A stretch of 64,000 nucleotides of DNA from Octopus vulgaris. Its lineage: Eukaryota. Shown here piece by piece: positions 28,368-43,416 of the stretch. Both the position numbers and the translations under genes were made by a program. The stretch is taken from NCBI GenBank assembly GCA_951406725.2, contig OX597832.1, positions 23,126,001 through 23,190,000 on the forward strand. The letters are read 5' to 3'. A model generated the notes under the pieces. That model did no database searches. It was given only the letters and a program-made list of their open reading frames with translations, and had not been told where the DNA came from. Position 1 is the stretch's first letter. Each line of letters opens with the position of its first letter.

Positions 28368-28623
28368 GAAATGAGGTACTCAGAAATTCGGATGGTTTTA
28401 TATTTACAGATATTTATTTGTATATTACATGTTTTTATACATCATGTATTAGCGCTTTCTCCCATTCTAGTGGGGTTTTCAAATTTGAAAACCCCGCTCG
28501 AATGGGAGAAAGCGCTAATACATGATATAAGTTATATGATGTATAAAAATATGTAATATACAAATAAATATCTGTAAATATAAAACCATCCGAATTTCTG
28601 AGTACCTCATTTCTTCTAATATA
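28358..28623. repeat. Fold-back palindrome with HHR-like motif in each arm
   Basis: Near-perfect ~125-140 bp arms with no spacer (axis 28483/28484) and one ~14 bp indel. Right arm: UUGAAAA C CCC...GGG A GAA AGCGCU A. Confidence 0.8.
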
Positions 28624-28686
28624 AAATACCTGTACATCATCTCCAAACCTTCCGATATACATATATATATATATATATATATAATG

Positions 28687-28777
28687 TGTAAACACATCTG
28701 AACATCTTTGTAAAAACATCTGAAGAGCCTTGTAAACACATCTGAACAGCCTTGTAAACACATTTGAACAGCCTTGT
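28687..28777. repeat. 22 bp minisatellite, 4 copies
   Basis: TGTAAACACATCTGAACAGCCT units starting at 28687, 28709, 28731 and 28753. Confidence 0.9.
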
Positions 28778-29569
28778 TTAAGGCTCACGCTGTAATGGCT
28801 GCACACGCCTGAAGTACTGAAGTACACTCAATGTGTATTAATATAAATGATCACTCTAAAATATAACACTCTAAAGGAAAAAATTATCTTCGTTTTAGGA
28901 GTTAATTGCCATACAAAATAGAAACAGCGAATTAGTGATTCGCTGTTTCAAAAAATACCTTGCGAAATTACTGGCGGTTCTTTACGATTTAATTAACTTC
29001 GATTTCTATCTCTTCTGGGTGCAGAATACAATACCAACCAAGAATAGAAATTGATGTTAGGGGTCGAAACCTTTCCTTTAAATTTATTGCCGTTGTCTAC
29101 CTAAATTACATAGTATTTTTGGGGAGCAACCAGGTGTTAATTTTCCGAAACGCTATCTACTAGTTAATGCATAGAAAGGCACTTGAAATAGAATATTTTA
29201 TTGAATAGAATACTAAATTTATTAAAAAAAAAATTACCAGAGAAACACTAATGCTTGGAAATATTCATATATTTCTGTGATAAATAAATAAATTTTCGTG
29301 TATTCAAGAAAATGTTTGAAAGAAGAATATTTGTAGAAAATTATCTTCAAAAGAGTTTAAAAGAAAATATAAGCAGAAACGCTAAAGCTTTACAAGAAAT
29401 CATAGAAAACAATATCCAAATATAGAGACATACACATAAAAACACAAACACATGTATATATGCATATATATATATATATATATATTAATATTATCCGTAA
29501 ATATACAATCACACAAACATACACATATACATATATATGTATATATATATGTATATATATATATATGTA

Positions 29570-29692
<123 letters not shown>

Positions 29693-29870
29693 TTTGTATA
29701 TATGGTTGTATGTATATATGTATATGCGAAACTTATACAAAATAAAATATCATTCGACATGTTTATATTTTAATATATAAACATATTTATCAGTCCATAA
29801 ATAACAAAACACCCATAAAGAACAGCAGCCGAAAAACACATACTACATACTGACAGACAAATTCCTATGC

Positions 29871-29924
<54 letters not shown>

Positions 29925-30114
29925 ATATATATATCATATCTTATATATATACATATAATATTTTATATATATATTATATTATATATATTAATATAATCAC
30001 ACACACACACACACACACACACATACAATGTACATATATGTATGTATGTATGTATGTATGTACGATTGCATGTATGAATATATTTAGATATATATACAGG
30101 TATATTAAGATATG

Positions 30115-30166
<52 letters not shown>

Positions 30167-30233
30167 CGTACACATATTCTTATATAGGAATTGAAGATCT
30201 TGGTAGTGTGTATATAGAATCATGGCATCATAG

Positions 30234-30279
<46 letters not shown>

Positions 30280-30383
30280 TGGCGTCGATTTTCCTTCTTC
30301 GATGAAACTATGTCGTTATATATGAGTGTAAGAGAAGTTTGTCTCATTCAAATCATACGTACATACATACATACATACATACA

Positions 30384-30414
<31 letters not shown>

Positions 30415-31052
30415 GTATACACGTACATACACGTACATTTATATCTACACATATATTATGTATTTATATATATACACGCACAGCTACAGCATGCAACATG
30501 TAGTTATTTTGTGTATATGTTATCCATCAAATTAAAAATTAAATCTCTCAGAAGAGATAAATATTAATATTCATGAATTTACAAAGATTTAAAAGTATAT
30601 ATTTTTGTACTTAACAAATCAGACCCGGTAGGTGTCCCTTTGTTCTTCACTTGCACTTGATACACCATCTCAAGGACGAAATTCTTGGAACTACGTAGTA
30701 ATAGATATGCTTTCCGTAACAGGGATAGCCTTATAGCCCGTCTAATATTTGCAAACTGTTTTTAAGAAGTCCCTACACATTCATAAATTATGTTTGTATG
30801 TAGGCAGTTGTTGCTCAAGTTTCACTCCGTAGGTCTTCTGAAATTACTCCTCAGGACCTTATATGTACCAGAGATCGGTGGGAGATTTAGACCAACTAGA
30901 GACTGAAACGGCCTGTGTAGGACTATAATATGCTGTACCTCCGGTGTAGACGTTGTTGTGAGCTTATTACTGATGAGGGACTGGAGATTATATTAGCTAG
31001 CACGTTCTCAAGAAACATAATGAGTTCAAGATCTCCTATATGTATGTATATG

Positions 31053-31108
<56 letters not shown>

Positions 31109-31379
31109 ATTAAAAATAGGATAAATTCTTTACAAGAATTTATCAAGTACTTAGCATGAAAATCCTCATAAAGGAAAAATCCTTATATATATAGGGAGAA
31201 TTCACAAAAAAATAAAGGACGAAGACAGGTGATGTAGACAACAAATAGATGTGTTAGTATAACGCACGAGGATTAAAAAATTCTTTAACGTTTCGAGCCT
31301 ACGCTCTTCCATAGATAGAAAATAATGAGAGAAAATAAAGACTTTGTAGTGGCTAGCGATCTATCATGGCGAATGCCGG

Positions 31380-31419
<40 letters not shown>

Positions 31420-31467
31420 CAGGCAGGAAACTTGCTAGCTAGCTGGATAACTAGACAGAGATACAGG

Positions 31468-31568
<101 letters not shown>

Positions 31569-33233
31569 GTACGATAACCTTCCGGAAAATTTCCGTCTTC
31601 CAAATTCACAATCAAGTCTTGCCCAAGATTCTGACCGGATGAACAGAACCTGAAATCACGTGGTTGTTAAAGGAGCCAAAGTTAATTTACATCATTTTCT
31701 ATATCTTGATTTCCGTTTCCACGTAGAGCAGACAAGCCAGCTTATCAGGTCTTAAATTCGGATATAACATAAATAATTACTATCAACTGAAATTTTACTA
31801 TTTGAGATTTAAGGAGGTTAGAATTTTATCGCTTCGTGGACACCTTTGATTTAGTTCTTCAGAACCGCGGCATTTCTATAACAGATAATTTCAGAATCTT
31901 TCATCTTTCTAATCCTGATTTGTGTAAAGTGATACAAATACGCAACAGTAAGTCTATTTGAATATTTAGAATCAGACATGACTGGTTGATTACGAAGTTC
32001 GTTTGCCAATGACGTGTCTCCAGCTTTAGTCCCATAGCGCAGCAAAATTGGCGAGTAAGTTCTACTTGAGCTCCAGTTAGACAATGGCCTTATGATAAAA
32101 TTTGCTAAACAGAAACTGCAGAGAAGCTCTTTGTGTATATGTTTTATGGAATTGATAAAATATGTAAACCTCATTGCTTTTATATAGTTCTGTAGGTAAT
32201 TTTCTCTTCCGAATAGGTCATCTCTTACTAGAATTCAAAATATTTCGCGAAAATATTAATCACTATTTCTGAAATCACTTGTAAACGTATAAATATTTAA
32301 ATAGCACAGTGTATACCCTAGAACACAGAAGGTTTCTTAAGCATTCGCTTGGTACAAATTTCCAGCTAAGTGGACTAGAGGTACGTTTTAGGAAGTACCA
32401 TGATCAAGTTCGCAATGCTACACAGTATTAAAGAATCAAACACACGAGTTAACGATCGCGCCCAAAATCCTCAACCATTGGGAACCCGCCGTCTATGCGT
32501 GCCAGAACAACGCAATCAACAGTACACTTATAAATATCTGAGTACTGAGCTCATGATTGAAAGCATTTCAATAGAATCGCATATACGTGAGGCCGCTTAC
32601 GTGAAAGACACAGGATTTAGTTTCTTCGGTTCAAAAACTCAATTTGTTTAACTTATGGAATTGGTGAAATGTGTAAACCTAACTTCTTTTACATAGTTCT
32701 GTGGACAATTTCCTCTTCTGAATAAATTTTGGAATCTCCAAAATTACAAGTTCTCTCTTATAAGAATTCAAAACATTTCGATTATTTCGAAAATATTTCT
32801 TTCCGATACCACTTATAAACGTATAAATATTTTAGTAGCGCAGTGTATAAGCTAGGACAAAGAAGGTCAAACATATGCGAGCTATTATTGTTTTTTACAG
32901 TCTCTTTTCAGGTACAGTAAACATAAAACTACCTCAGGAAACTGTCTTTTATTGTATAAGAAATTTCTACGTAGGATTTTTGTTCTGAAAGGAGACAAAA
33001 TATACAAATGAAAAAAACATTTAATAAAACATCGGGCATTTGTATTACAGCAGTATGCAAAGACCCCAAAACGTCACATAAAATTTTTATATATACATAT
33101 ATATGTATATAAGAGTATATATGTATGTATGTATATGTGTATGTAAGAATATATATGTATGTATATATGTATTTAAGTATATATGTGTGCATCTGTATAT
33201 ATATATATATGTGTGTGTGTGTATGTATATATG

Positions 33234-33279
<46 letters not shown>

Positions 33280-33304
33280 TATATGTATATATTATATATA
33301 TGTA

Positions 33305-33348
<44 letters not shown>

Positions 33349-33731
33349 CATATATATATGTATATATATGTGTGTATTTATAGTCGTACAGACACGCACG
33401 CATACACACACGCAAGCACACACACACACACATATATATATATGTATATGGAAACACACTTGCACACACGAGTGTCAAAGGATATTTCAATAAATGTCAA
33501 AAAAATAAATGCACATTTTTGCAAAGGATTTGATAAACGTCATTCTAGTAATCCAGCCACCCTGAAACATTTCTTTTACATTATAATCCACATATGCAAG
33601 AAATATATTTTTGCTGTGAAAATGCTTTCTGCACACAACAAGAAAAGGTAGTGGAAGGTTAAGAACCGATAATAAAAACAACATATATGCAAAACGATCG
33701 ATCTACACAAGCATGTTTCTGCCTATGCCAC

Positions 33732-33796
<65 letters not shown>

Positions 33797-33984
33797 GAGG
33801 AAAATAAGGGAAATTGGAATAGATTGCCCAGTTACAATAATTACTATTAAAAATGTTTTGCCTCCTTGGTACAGCCAGATTAATTAGGTAAGTACTGGCT
33901 ATCAGGGTACCGTAGGTTGCAAGTAGCAAGCCTCCTACGAATGCAAGACTACAGGAGTTCCACCAAAATTTGTGATGAAAAGAA
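33797..33984 (+). mobile_element. Second Dong-like 3' end, decayed
   Basis: Frameshifted IREIGIDCPV...CLLGTARLIR*VL, flanked by (TAA)n. Confidence 0.65.
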
Positions 33985-33991
33985 AATAATG

Positions 33992-34066
<75 letters not shown>

Positions 34067-34067
<1 letters not shown>

Positions 34068-34130
34068 CCAAGGCACACAGAGCTGCACTCGGTAGTGAAG
34101 TGAAAGCATGCTATAAAAATAAAACTACTG
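34067..34130 (+). mobile_element. Probable third Dong-like 3'UTR stub
   Basis: 64 bp unique insert between two (TAA)n tracts; no coding sequence left to confirm the family. Confidence 0.4.
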
Positions 34131-34466
34131 AATAATAATAATAATAAAGATGAGTAGGAGGAGGAGGAGGGGGAGGAGGGGGAGGAGGAGGAGCAGGATT
34201 ACAATGATCTTTATAGGTTTGAACAAGTAATAAATTCATCGCGATTTACACCAAATATTAAAAAAAAAAGCAAGATGAGTGAAAGTACTAGAAACGTATA
34301 CGGAAATAATGAAATAAATTATCTTCCAGCATTGTTTTCTTGTTGTTTGTGGCAAAATAAAATTAATAAATCCATTGACATTCACTCCAAGATATTCCCC
34401 AGAGCGATCAATATGGAAATCGATTCCTTTCACACACAAACACACACAAACATACACACATGTATT

Positions 34467-34510
<44 letters not shown>

Positions 34511-35096
34511 CTTATATATATATATATATCTTATATATATTAGCTGAGAATTAATTTTTAGCTTGTATATTCCAATATTCCAACGTAAGTGTAAATAGTA
34601 TTCCGTTATCCTTTAGGTCTTCTTGACCTAATTCTCCTATTCTCGAAAACAATCTCTCAATAATAACCTGCTCGAAAAATTCTTTATATACAGATGCTAA
34701 TCCTTTACAATTGTATCTAATGCTCGGCTTCATGTTGAGTCTTCAGCGTTTTCGTTGTTATTGTTGTGTATAGCGTTGCTGTTGTTGTTGTTAGTGGTAG
34801 TGGTGATGACGGTAGTGATAGTGGTTGTGGTGGTGGTGGCGAAGAAAACAGAGCTCTTGTTTTAAGTGCTCCAATAACTCCGCTAATTTGACGACACTGG
34901 ATCTGCTTTTATTATTGGAAATTGTATAAAATTTATCCTTAGTTTTCACATATTCTAAGTCATTTATTTTTATTTAATTTTTTTTTCTCTCTGAGACGCA
35001 AATCAGGCTTTTAGAATTGTGATCTCTTTGACATGGTAAATATATATCTGCATCTCGTGAAATATGTGTGTGCCTGTGTATGCATAAATATTTATA

Positions 35097-35149
<53 letters not shown>

Positions 35150-35239
35150 AAATTCCTCTACATATCATTCTTTTGTTGTTTTACCATTCTTATCAATATC
35201 TATATGTATAACTATATATATATATTCATGTGTGTGAGA

Positions 35240-35277
<38 letters not shown>

Positions 35278-35290
35278 TTATATATATACA

Positions 35291-35485
35291 CTTTTACTCT
35301 TTTACTTGTTTCAGTCATTTGACTGCGGCCATGCCTCGGCACCGCCTTTAAGTCGTGGAAATCGACCCCAGAACTTATTCTACCGGTCTCTTTTGCCGAA
35401 CCACTAAGTAACACATCAGCATCGGTTGTCAAGCGATGTGGAGGGGAGAAACACAGACACATAAACGTATATATACACACACATG

Positions 35486-35517
<32 letters not shown>

Positions 35518-35678
35518 CGACGGGGTTCTTTCAGTTTCCGTCTACCAAATCCACTCAAGGCTTTGGTCGGCCCGAGGCTATAGTATAAGACACTTACTCG
35601 AGGTGCCACGCAGTGGGACTGAACCCGGATCTATGTGGTTAGTAAGCAAGATACTTACCACACACCCACTCCTACGCC

Positions 35679-35679
<1 letters not shown>
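35291..35679 (-). mobile_element. SINE family A
   Basis: Full-span copy with small internal deletions. Confidence 0.85.
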
Positions 35680-35709
<30 letters not shown>

Positions 35710-36368
35710 ATGTACATATACATACATACAGTCATACATACATGCATACATACATAGATACATACATACATACTTATATACATATTTGCCCTTAGAGTAC
35801 CGGATGAAAGGCTTCAGACTTTGCGCTACTAGTTCATATTCTAACGAAGTTAAGTTTGTCTTTAAAAATTTCATTGTTGATAAAACAGTTATATTCTTAA
35901 GATTAGGGTTCTCGGACATTTTACAAGGCAGAGTGCGTTTTCCTACACAGTGTTTTCTCGCCTTTTGCCTCTTGGCAGCTATGTATGCGATAACAACGTG
36001 ACTAAGTTGTATTAGCCGCTTGTTTTTTGACTTTGGTAGAAGTTACGCATAAAGTTTGGCTTATGTCTGACTACTACCCTCCAGACAATCTTTGTCCAGA
36101 TCTGGACATTGGAAAACATATGTCCAGATGCAGACTGTTGTGCCCAAGCAAAACGAAATGGGTGCTCTAGACAAATATCCCAGCTATATAAATGTATGTT
36201 TACAGATGATATATTTTCCATATAAAACTAGTGTACATTTAAACACAAAAAGGCGACCCTTAACAGGTACCCTTACATGCTAAAAGGAGCAGTCAAGACC
36301 GCCAAAACCACATTTAAGAGCAATTTTGAACGGAATAAAATACATAAAAAATTTGCCTTGTTTTTAAC

Positions 36369-36439
36369 AGCCATATCTAGGTTTCGAACTCTAATTAGCA
36401 AATAGAATAATTTGGCAGGCGAAGTTATCATCAGTGGCT
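36369..36439 (-). ncRNA. Type I hammerhead ribozyme, near intact
   Basis: AGCCA CUGAUGA U AACU...AGUU C GAA ACCUAGAU A UGGCU: helix I AGCCA/UGGCU; helix III is one mismatch from the palindrome ACCUAGGU. Confidence 0.7.
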
Positions 36440-36566
36440 ATGCCGACATACTAACATATGATTTAGAGATTGAATAACACGTACTTATCATTATATATTA
36501 TAATCATTCAAATTCACCGCGCAGGCGCGGTTTCAATCGGTAGCGAAGATGAAATATTGCCGTATG

Positions 36567-37092
<526 letters not shown>

Positions 37093-37524
37093 ATACTCTC
37101 CATTCTGCGGGCGTCAAGCTAATACATCTGTTGATGTATATGTCGTTGCAATTATGTTGAAATGTCACCTGTCCAAATATGGCTAAATGTCTTTATTTTT
37201 CTTTCAATATTTATTTTTGCAACAATAGCCAGTTCCTTTGGTCAAACTATCGTATCTTCAGCTGCGTCATATGCCAAGATATCGAAAAGTGTCAAAGTGT
37301 ACTACAATGGCTTTGCTATGGAATGGTGAATCTATTTCTTCGTTTTCTGAAAAAGCAATTATTTGTACTCACGACACTTTTGTATAATAGCAATGATATA
37401 CATTTATGGCGGTAAGAGGTATGTATAATTATATATGCGCACATACATATTTAGCTATATATGCATACATATAAGTATATATATATATGTATATATATAT
37501 TCATAAAAGTGTTTTCGTGCGCGT

Positions 37525-37943
37525 ATTTGTGGGATGTTTGTGTATTTTTGTGAGTATGTGTTTGTGTGTGCATGTGCGTATGCGTGTGTGAGTGTGTGTG
37601 TGTGTGAGCGTGTGTGTGTGCATGTGCGTGTATGTGTGTGTGTGCGTGTGTGTGGGGGGGTTGTTTGTGTATTTTTGTGAGTGTGTGTTTGTGTGTGCAT
37701 GTGCGTATGCGCGTGTTTGTGTGTGTGTGTGTGTGTGCATGTGCGTGTGTGTGTTTGTGTGTGTGTGCATGTGCGTGTCTGTGTGTGCGTGTGTGTGTGT
37801 GCATGTGCGTGTATGTGTGTGTGTGTGTGTGTGTGTGGGGGATGTTTGTGTATTTTTGTGAGTGTGTGTTTGTGTGTGTGCATGTGTGTATGCGTGTGTG
37901 CGTGTGTGTGTGTGTGAGTGTGTGTGTGCGCGTGTGTGTGTGC

Positions 37944-37978
<35 letters not shown>

Positions 37979-37999
37979 TGCGTGTGTGTGTGTGTGTGT
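37525..37999. repeat. Higher-order (TG)-based repeat
   Basis: Block GGG(A/T)TGTTTGTGTATTTTTGTGAGT recurs three times (~37531, ~37658, ~37839) within degenerate (TG)n. Confidence 0.8.
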
Positions 38000-38115
38000 C
38001 TTGCGTCCAGTATCTACATTCCGGTTCAGCAATACCTCAGAATCTTTTGTTATCTTCTCTTCACACTTTCACCTCTTCAGTTTCACTTTTTCTACCCACT
38101 TTTTTTGCTCTCTCC

Positions 38116-38177
<62 letters not shown>

Positions 38178-38361
38178 ACCTCTCTCTCTATATATATGTC
38201 TCTTTCACCCTGTGTCCCCAAAATATATAGGTACACAAAAACGCATGCCTGCTGTAATTCAGTTACTTATTTTAAAGGAGACAATAACACTGATAACGAG
38301 AACCCACTTGCTACAATTCTACACATAGATTAAATTACATCTCCAATAATTTCTATTTATA

Positions 38362-38980
38362 TACGTTGAGGTGCCGAAAAGTTTCTCGCTTTAAGGGTAA
38401 TGCGAAAGGACTGGTTGGGGGCCTAGCCTTCCGAGTTCTTTTACAGGGCTTACAAAAACAGAAAGATCGTTGCAATGAGTGTGTGAATCCGAGAGGCGAA
38501 TATCTTTATATATAAAAGTCAAGTTGTGTATCTGTCTCCTATGATTTAGATTCCTAACTACTCCCACATTTTGCGATGCAGTGTAACCAAAACCGGGTAT
38601 CTTATAGTCGTGATTCATATCGAGCCCTTCTGGGTATTAGCGCGCGTCTACGATGAGTCTACGATTTAAAAAAAAATTTACCATCATTGTTTCCCATTTT
38701 AATGCATTTTTTTCGCTATTATATAAGGGAAGTAACTCTCTAAAAATGTCTACGATCAGTCAACGATTTTTAAAAAAACTTACCATCATTTTTTTTTATA
38801 TTTTTAATGCATTTTTTTGCTATTTTTTGGCTATAACTCTCTAAAAATGCTTATATAGTTATTTCCCTTACAAACCCGAGCAACGCCGGGCGATACTGCT
38901 AGTTCAATATAAAATCATAATTAACTGATCTTCCTGTATTTTCTTTTACGCAAAGCCAGGAACTTTTCAGCACCTCCTTA
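38362..38980 (+). mobile_element. Internally deleted mariner element hosting the Helitron
   Basis: TIRs TA..GAGGTGCCGAAAAGTTTCTCGCTTT / AAAGCCAGGAACTTTTCAGCACCTC..TA; residual transposase C-terminus DRCNECVNPRGEY. Confidence 0.75.
38503..38902 (+). mobile_element. Non-autonomous Helitron
   Basis: 5'-TC start, subterminal hairpin CCCGAGCAACGCCGGG, CTAG-3' end, inserted between A and T without TSD; internal tandem duplication. Confidence 0.85.
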
Positions 38981-40213
38981 CAGTTATAGTATTATTCTAT
39001 ACATGTAGTTGTATGTTCGTCTACTTGTTTTCATTCTCTCTTCAATTTCTCCCCGTATTTCTGTCTTTCATTAAAATATATGGCAGCTAATTCAATTGAG
39101 TGCATGAATGACGTCAAAGCTGTAGATATTTTCATAGCAATATTCCCAAGCTGTTGATTATTACTTAAGAACTCAGATGTTCTATGATTAAGCAAAGACG
39201 TAACACATTTATTCATGTCGACGTGCTTGCATTGCAGTCGCCATTTTGCTATTAATCGTTGTAAGTATTTACAGAGTACAGAAACGGAGATGTTACATTA
39301 ATATGTAATAATACGAGACGGCAAGCATGTAGAATTGTTTGTAGGATATAATGCTTAGCTACATTTCTTCCGATTCATTATTTTCTGATTTCAGATCCCA
39401 CCGAGGTTGACTTTATCTTTCATCCTTTTGGGGTCGATCGATAAAATAAGTACCAGTTGAGATTACATTGACTAAATATCTTCCATCGAACTTGTTGGAC
39501 TTGTGCCAAATTTTGAAACGAATATATATATAAAAATACGGAAGTTAATTATTTCGTTAAGTTAATGAGTCATAATATCATACGAGCCAAACATATGCAG
39601 TGTATTCGTGGAATTGGTAGAACTTTAAATAGAATGTCTTAAGGTGGCGGGCTGGCAGAGTCGTTAGCACGCCGGGCGAAATCTTAGAGGTATTTCTTGC
39701 CCCCACGTTCTTAGTTCAAATTCCTCCGAGGTCTACTTTGTTTTCATCCTTTCGGGGTCGATAAATTAAGTAGCAGTTACGCACTGGAGTCGATATAACT
39801 GCTACGAAATTATTTACATTATTTCAATTGTTATGTATTTATTTAAATTATTCCAATCGCCATCACTTTGAATCACCGAGATCGCTTTTAACTTCTATCA
39901 TTCCAGGGTGGATAACACAACATTCTATGTCCTACTCAGGTGCTGGTGCAGGTGATATCAACTAAAAACTTTAAGTTAGAACCGATGATCTCGAATCAAA
40001 TTGGGAACCACATAAATACCCTACCTCTCGTTATGAGTTCGCTTCTTTCTGTTATGAGTCCATCACATTCCATATTCAGCTTTACCTTTCGTCGAAGCGA
40101 GGCTGATAAAAGGAAAGTGCAAAACAAGTACCAAGTACAGTTTAATAGACTATATACCCGCTTATCTGAAATGTGTATCATTTTGTCAATGTTCAAAAAT
40201 CAATATTAATATC

Positions 40214-40606
40214 TTACTCTCTTTTACTCTTTTACTTGTTTCAGTCATTTGACTGCGGCCATGCTGGAGCACCGCCTTTTATCGAGCAACTCGACCCCGG
40301 GACTTATTCTTTTGTAAGCCCAGTACTTATTCTATCGGTCTCTTTTGCCGAACCGCTAAGTAACGGGGACATAAACACACCAGCATCGGTTGTCAAGCAA
40401 TGCTAGGGGGACAAACACAGACACACGCATATATATATATATATATATATGTGACGGGCTTCTTTTCAGTTTCCGTCTACCAAATCCACTCACAAGGCAT
40501 TGGTCGGCCCGGGGCTATAGCAGAAGACACTTGCCCAAGATGCCACGCAGTGGGACTGAACCCGGAACCATGTGGCTGGTTAGCAAGCTACTTACCACAC
40601 AACCAC
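40214..40606 (-). mobile_element. SINE family A
   Basis: Near-complete copy; candidate TSD AAATCAATATT at 40197-40207 and 40610-40620. Confidence 0.9.
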
Positions 40607-41487
40607 AACAAATCAATATTGTACAGCTCATTTCTTTTCACACTTCTGATTATATGTATCGGAGATGGATTGTCTTGATAGCAATAATACCATTCAGCAG
40701 TTTTATTAATTCGATTTTATAATTCAATAGAGATTTAAATGGTTACGACGATCTGGTTGCTGCATTGGCGAAAGGCAAGAATTTACAGATTTACTAATAT
40801 TAATTATTTCCTATTTTTGATATGTTCAGAGTCCATCCATCATATGTGTGACTCCTCCAGAGACCTTAAGGCACTATCGATCATCGATCTGAAAATTCGA
40901 TGAAAATGCTGAAATGTGAATATTGTCGTTGACCATTGAACTGGAGGTGAATATTATACACTGAGGTGTCAATATATTCTTGTGCAATGCATAAATATCA
41001 TAAATGGTGACATTGTGAATAGTTCATTGGTTACGGAACCGATGAGCAAGATAATATCTCGTTGCAATTACAACCTCGTGTTAATATCTAATATATTTAA
41101 ATGTCGAGTACACGTAATTTAGAACATGTTTAGGCATGGGTCAAATCGAGTAGCAGAGTAATTCTAAAGGACACAGAAAAATCTCATATATTTGGAATGA
41201 TTAATAAAATGAGATAATTTCACAAATGAAAATATCTTTCTCCACATAAGTTATCTAATCGCCATATAGTAAAGTTACAAGGACAAAATTGATTCCAATT
41301 AACTTCTATTTTAATGACTGGCAGAAAATTTGAATTCAGAACGTTAGAGACAGTCCGGGGAAATTGAAGAGTTTTGTATGAAATTCTAAAGACAGTGCAA
41401 TGTATCAACTGCAGATTATTTTACGTATATTAAATAGTAAGTGGAAGAAAGTTTCTCAAAGACAGAAATATTACTGATTCAGTATGC

Positions 41488-41577
<90 letters not shown>

Positions 41578-41693
41578 GTCTGCATATATATATACACATA
41601 TATATACACGTATATATATATACATACATATATTTATACATATATATGTGTGTGTATATATATACATATATATGTATATATATATATTGTATG

Positions 41694-41738
<45 letters not shown>

Positions 41739-41834
41739 GCGTGTATGTGTGTGTGTCTCTCTGTGTCTGTATTTCTGAGTATGTATATCCATAAAGTGTG
41801 GGTATATGTAAACATATATAGATGGATGTATATA

Positions 41835-41868
<34 letters not shown>

Positions 41869-42570
41869 ATGTGTGCGTGTGTATGCCCCTCTATACTTAT
41901 ATAAGAGAACAAATAAAGCACAGGAAAACATTATCACTATATGTAGCCAGGTAGACAGACAGACAAACAGACAGACAGAGAGATATTTGATCAAGGAAGG
42001 ATGTATGAGCGCGAAAAATTTCAAGCTGATAAGTAAACAGAATATGTTCAGAAAGATTAATATTTAAATTAGAAATATTTCTTCGAAACTATATCTATAT
42101 AACCAAGGAATTAGACCCATATCCCATAGCATTATACAGATTTATACAATATTACGTATGATAATCTTATAAGTAGATAGAAGTATATGCTATGTGATAT
42201 ACGTTATAAAATATGCAGACCAAGGCATGAGTAACGTGTTAAAGCATGGTGAAGATAAAGAAAATTCTAATCCGTCGATGATAAATTGGTGTGTGGCCTG
42301 ACATATTCGTTAAGTGAATAACGTATTGCTTTAGATACACATACCTATAACTGTATGTATGGATATAATAAGGACCCGAATTCAATTTGATTTAAAAAGT
42401 AGCGCTGTAGCCTTCAATTAAATAACAACACAGGAAGCTTGTTTGAATTGGTTCACTTTGAAAACGTCGTGAGTGATGGAGCCTTGATGACATTGCAGCG
42501 ACCAGGATGCATGATGGCTGCAATTGAAACTTATATTGTTTATTGTTATATATGTATATGCTTTAATTAC

Positions 42571-42616
<46 letters not shown>

Positions 42617-42642
42617 TAATAATAATAATAATAATAATAATA

Positions 42643-43015
42643 GAAATCAGCAAAATGTGGAAGCTGAAGACTAAAACAATACCTGTTGTCATAGGTGTCC
42701 TGGGAATGATAGCGAAAGGGACGGATTGCTACCTAACTCAGATACCAGGAAACCCCAAAATGTCAGAAATTCAAAAGATAGTGCTCATGGGAACTGCTCA
42801 TATCCTACGCAAAATACTCTCTATGTAATCCCAAGGTTTAAAACAAACTTTTTATTTATTTATTTATTTATTTATTTTTTTATGTATTAGACATTCACTA
42901 GTACAAAAAAAAAAAACAACTATATGGCACAGAACTTCCAACCTGTTGTCTCTTGAGGTCTCTGGGTGAGACTTGGAGCCAACTTGTACAGACATAAAGC
43001 AAAAGTCAAACATAG
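42643..43015 (+). mobile_element. R4/Dong-clade non-LTR retrotransposon 3' end in (TAA)n
   Basis: EISKMWKLKTKTIPVVIGVLGMI...IQKIVLMGTAHILRKILSM* (stop at 42828) matches the C-terminus of RLE-type R4/Dong ORFs. (TAA)n, the known Dong target, on both sides. Confidence 0.85.
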
Positions 43016-43030
43016 AATAATAATAATAAT

Positions 43031-43331
43031 ATATTTGTTTTGCAAGATTTTTGACGTGAAATCGCGTGTTGAAACAGATGTTGTATTTAAGAATGGTCAT
43101 TTTGCCAGTTTAGCCAATAAAAACACACGCACTCCGTTAGTATGGAGAGACACACAAATAACAAAGAAGAAAGCAAAGGACCACTGATGCGGTCACAGGA
43201 GTGTGACGAAAGAACTCTGGCCGAAATAAGATTAAGATTAACGTAAAAAATAAATAACGCTGAAGCAAAGTAACACCAAATTTATAGTGCCTGTGTTTTA
43301 TTGGCTAAACTGGCAAAATGAACATTCCTAA
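43031..43331. mobile_element. Family E unit with inverted partial duplication
   Basis: HHR at 43179-43222 (+); 43031-43133 is an inverted copy of the 3' end. Flanked by (TAA)n and (CAA)n(TAA)n. Diverged relative at ~56736-56890 (-) and fragment at ~3750-3778. Confidence 0.7.
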
Positions 43332-43365
43332 ATACAACAACAACAACAACAACAGCAACAACAAC

Positions 43366-43416
<51 letters not shown>

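Noticed and set aside
28687-28777. Short direct repeats resembling a CRISPR array
   Set aside because: Contiguous units with no spacers, no cas genes, eukaryotic context.
30620-31030. Possible PLE RT motif (NFV...KGTPTGS) and CTGATGA at 30970
   Set aside because: Too degenerate; helices I and III do not close.
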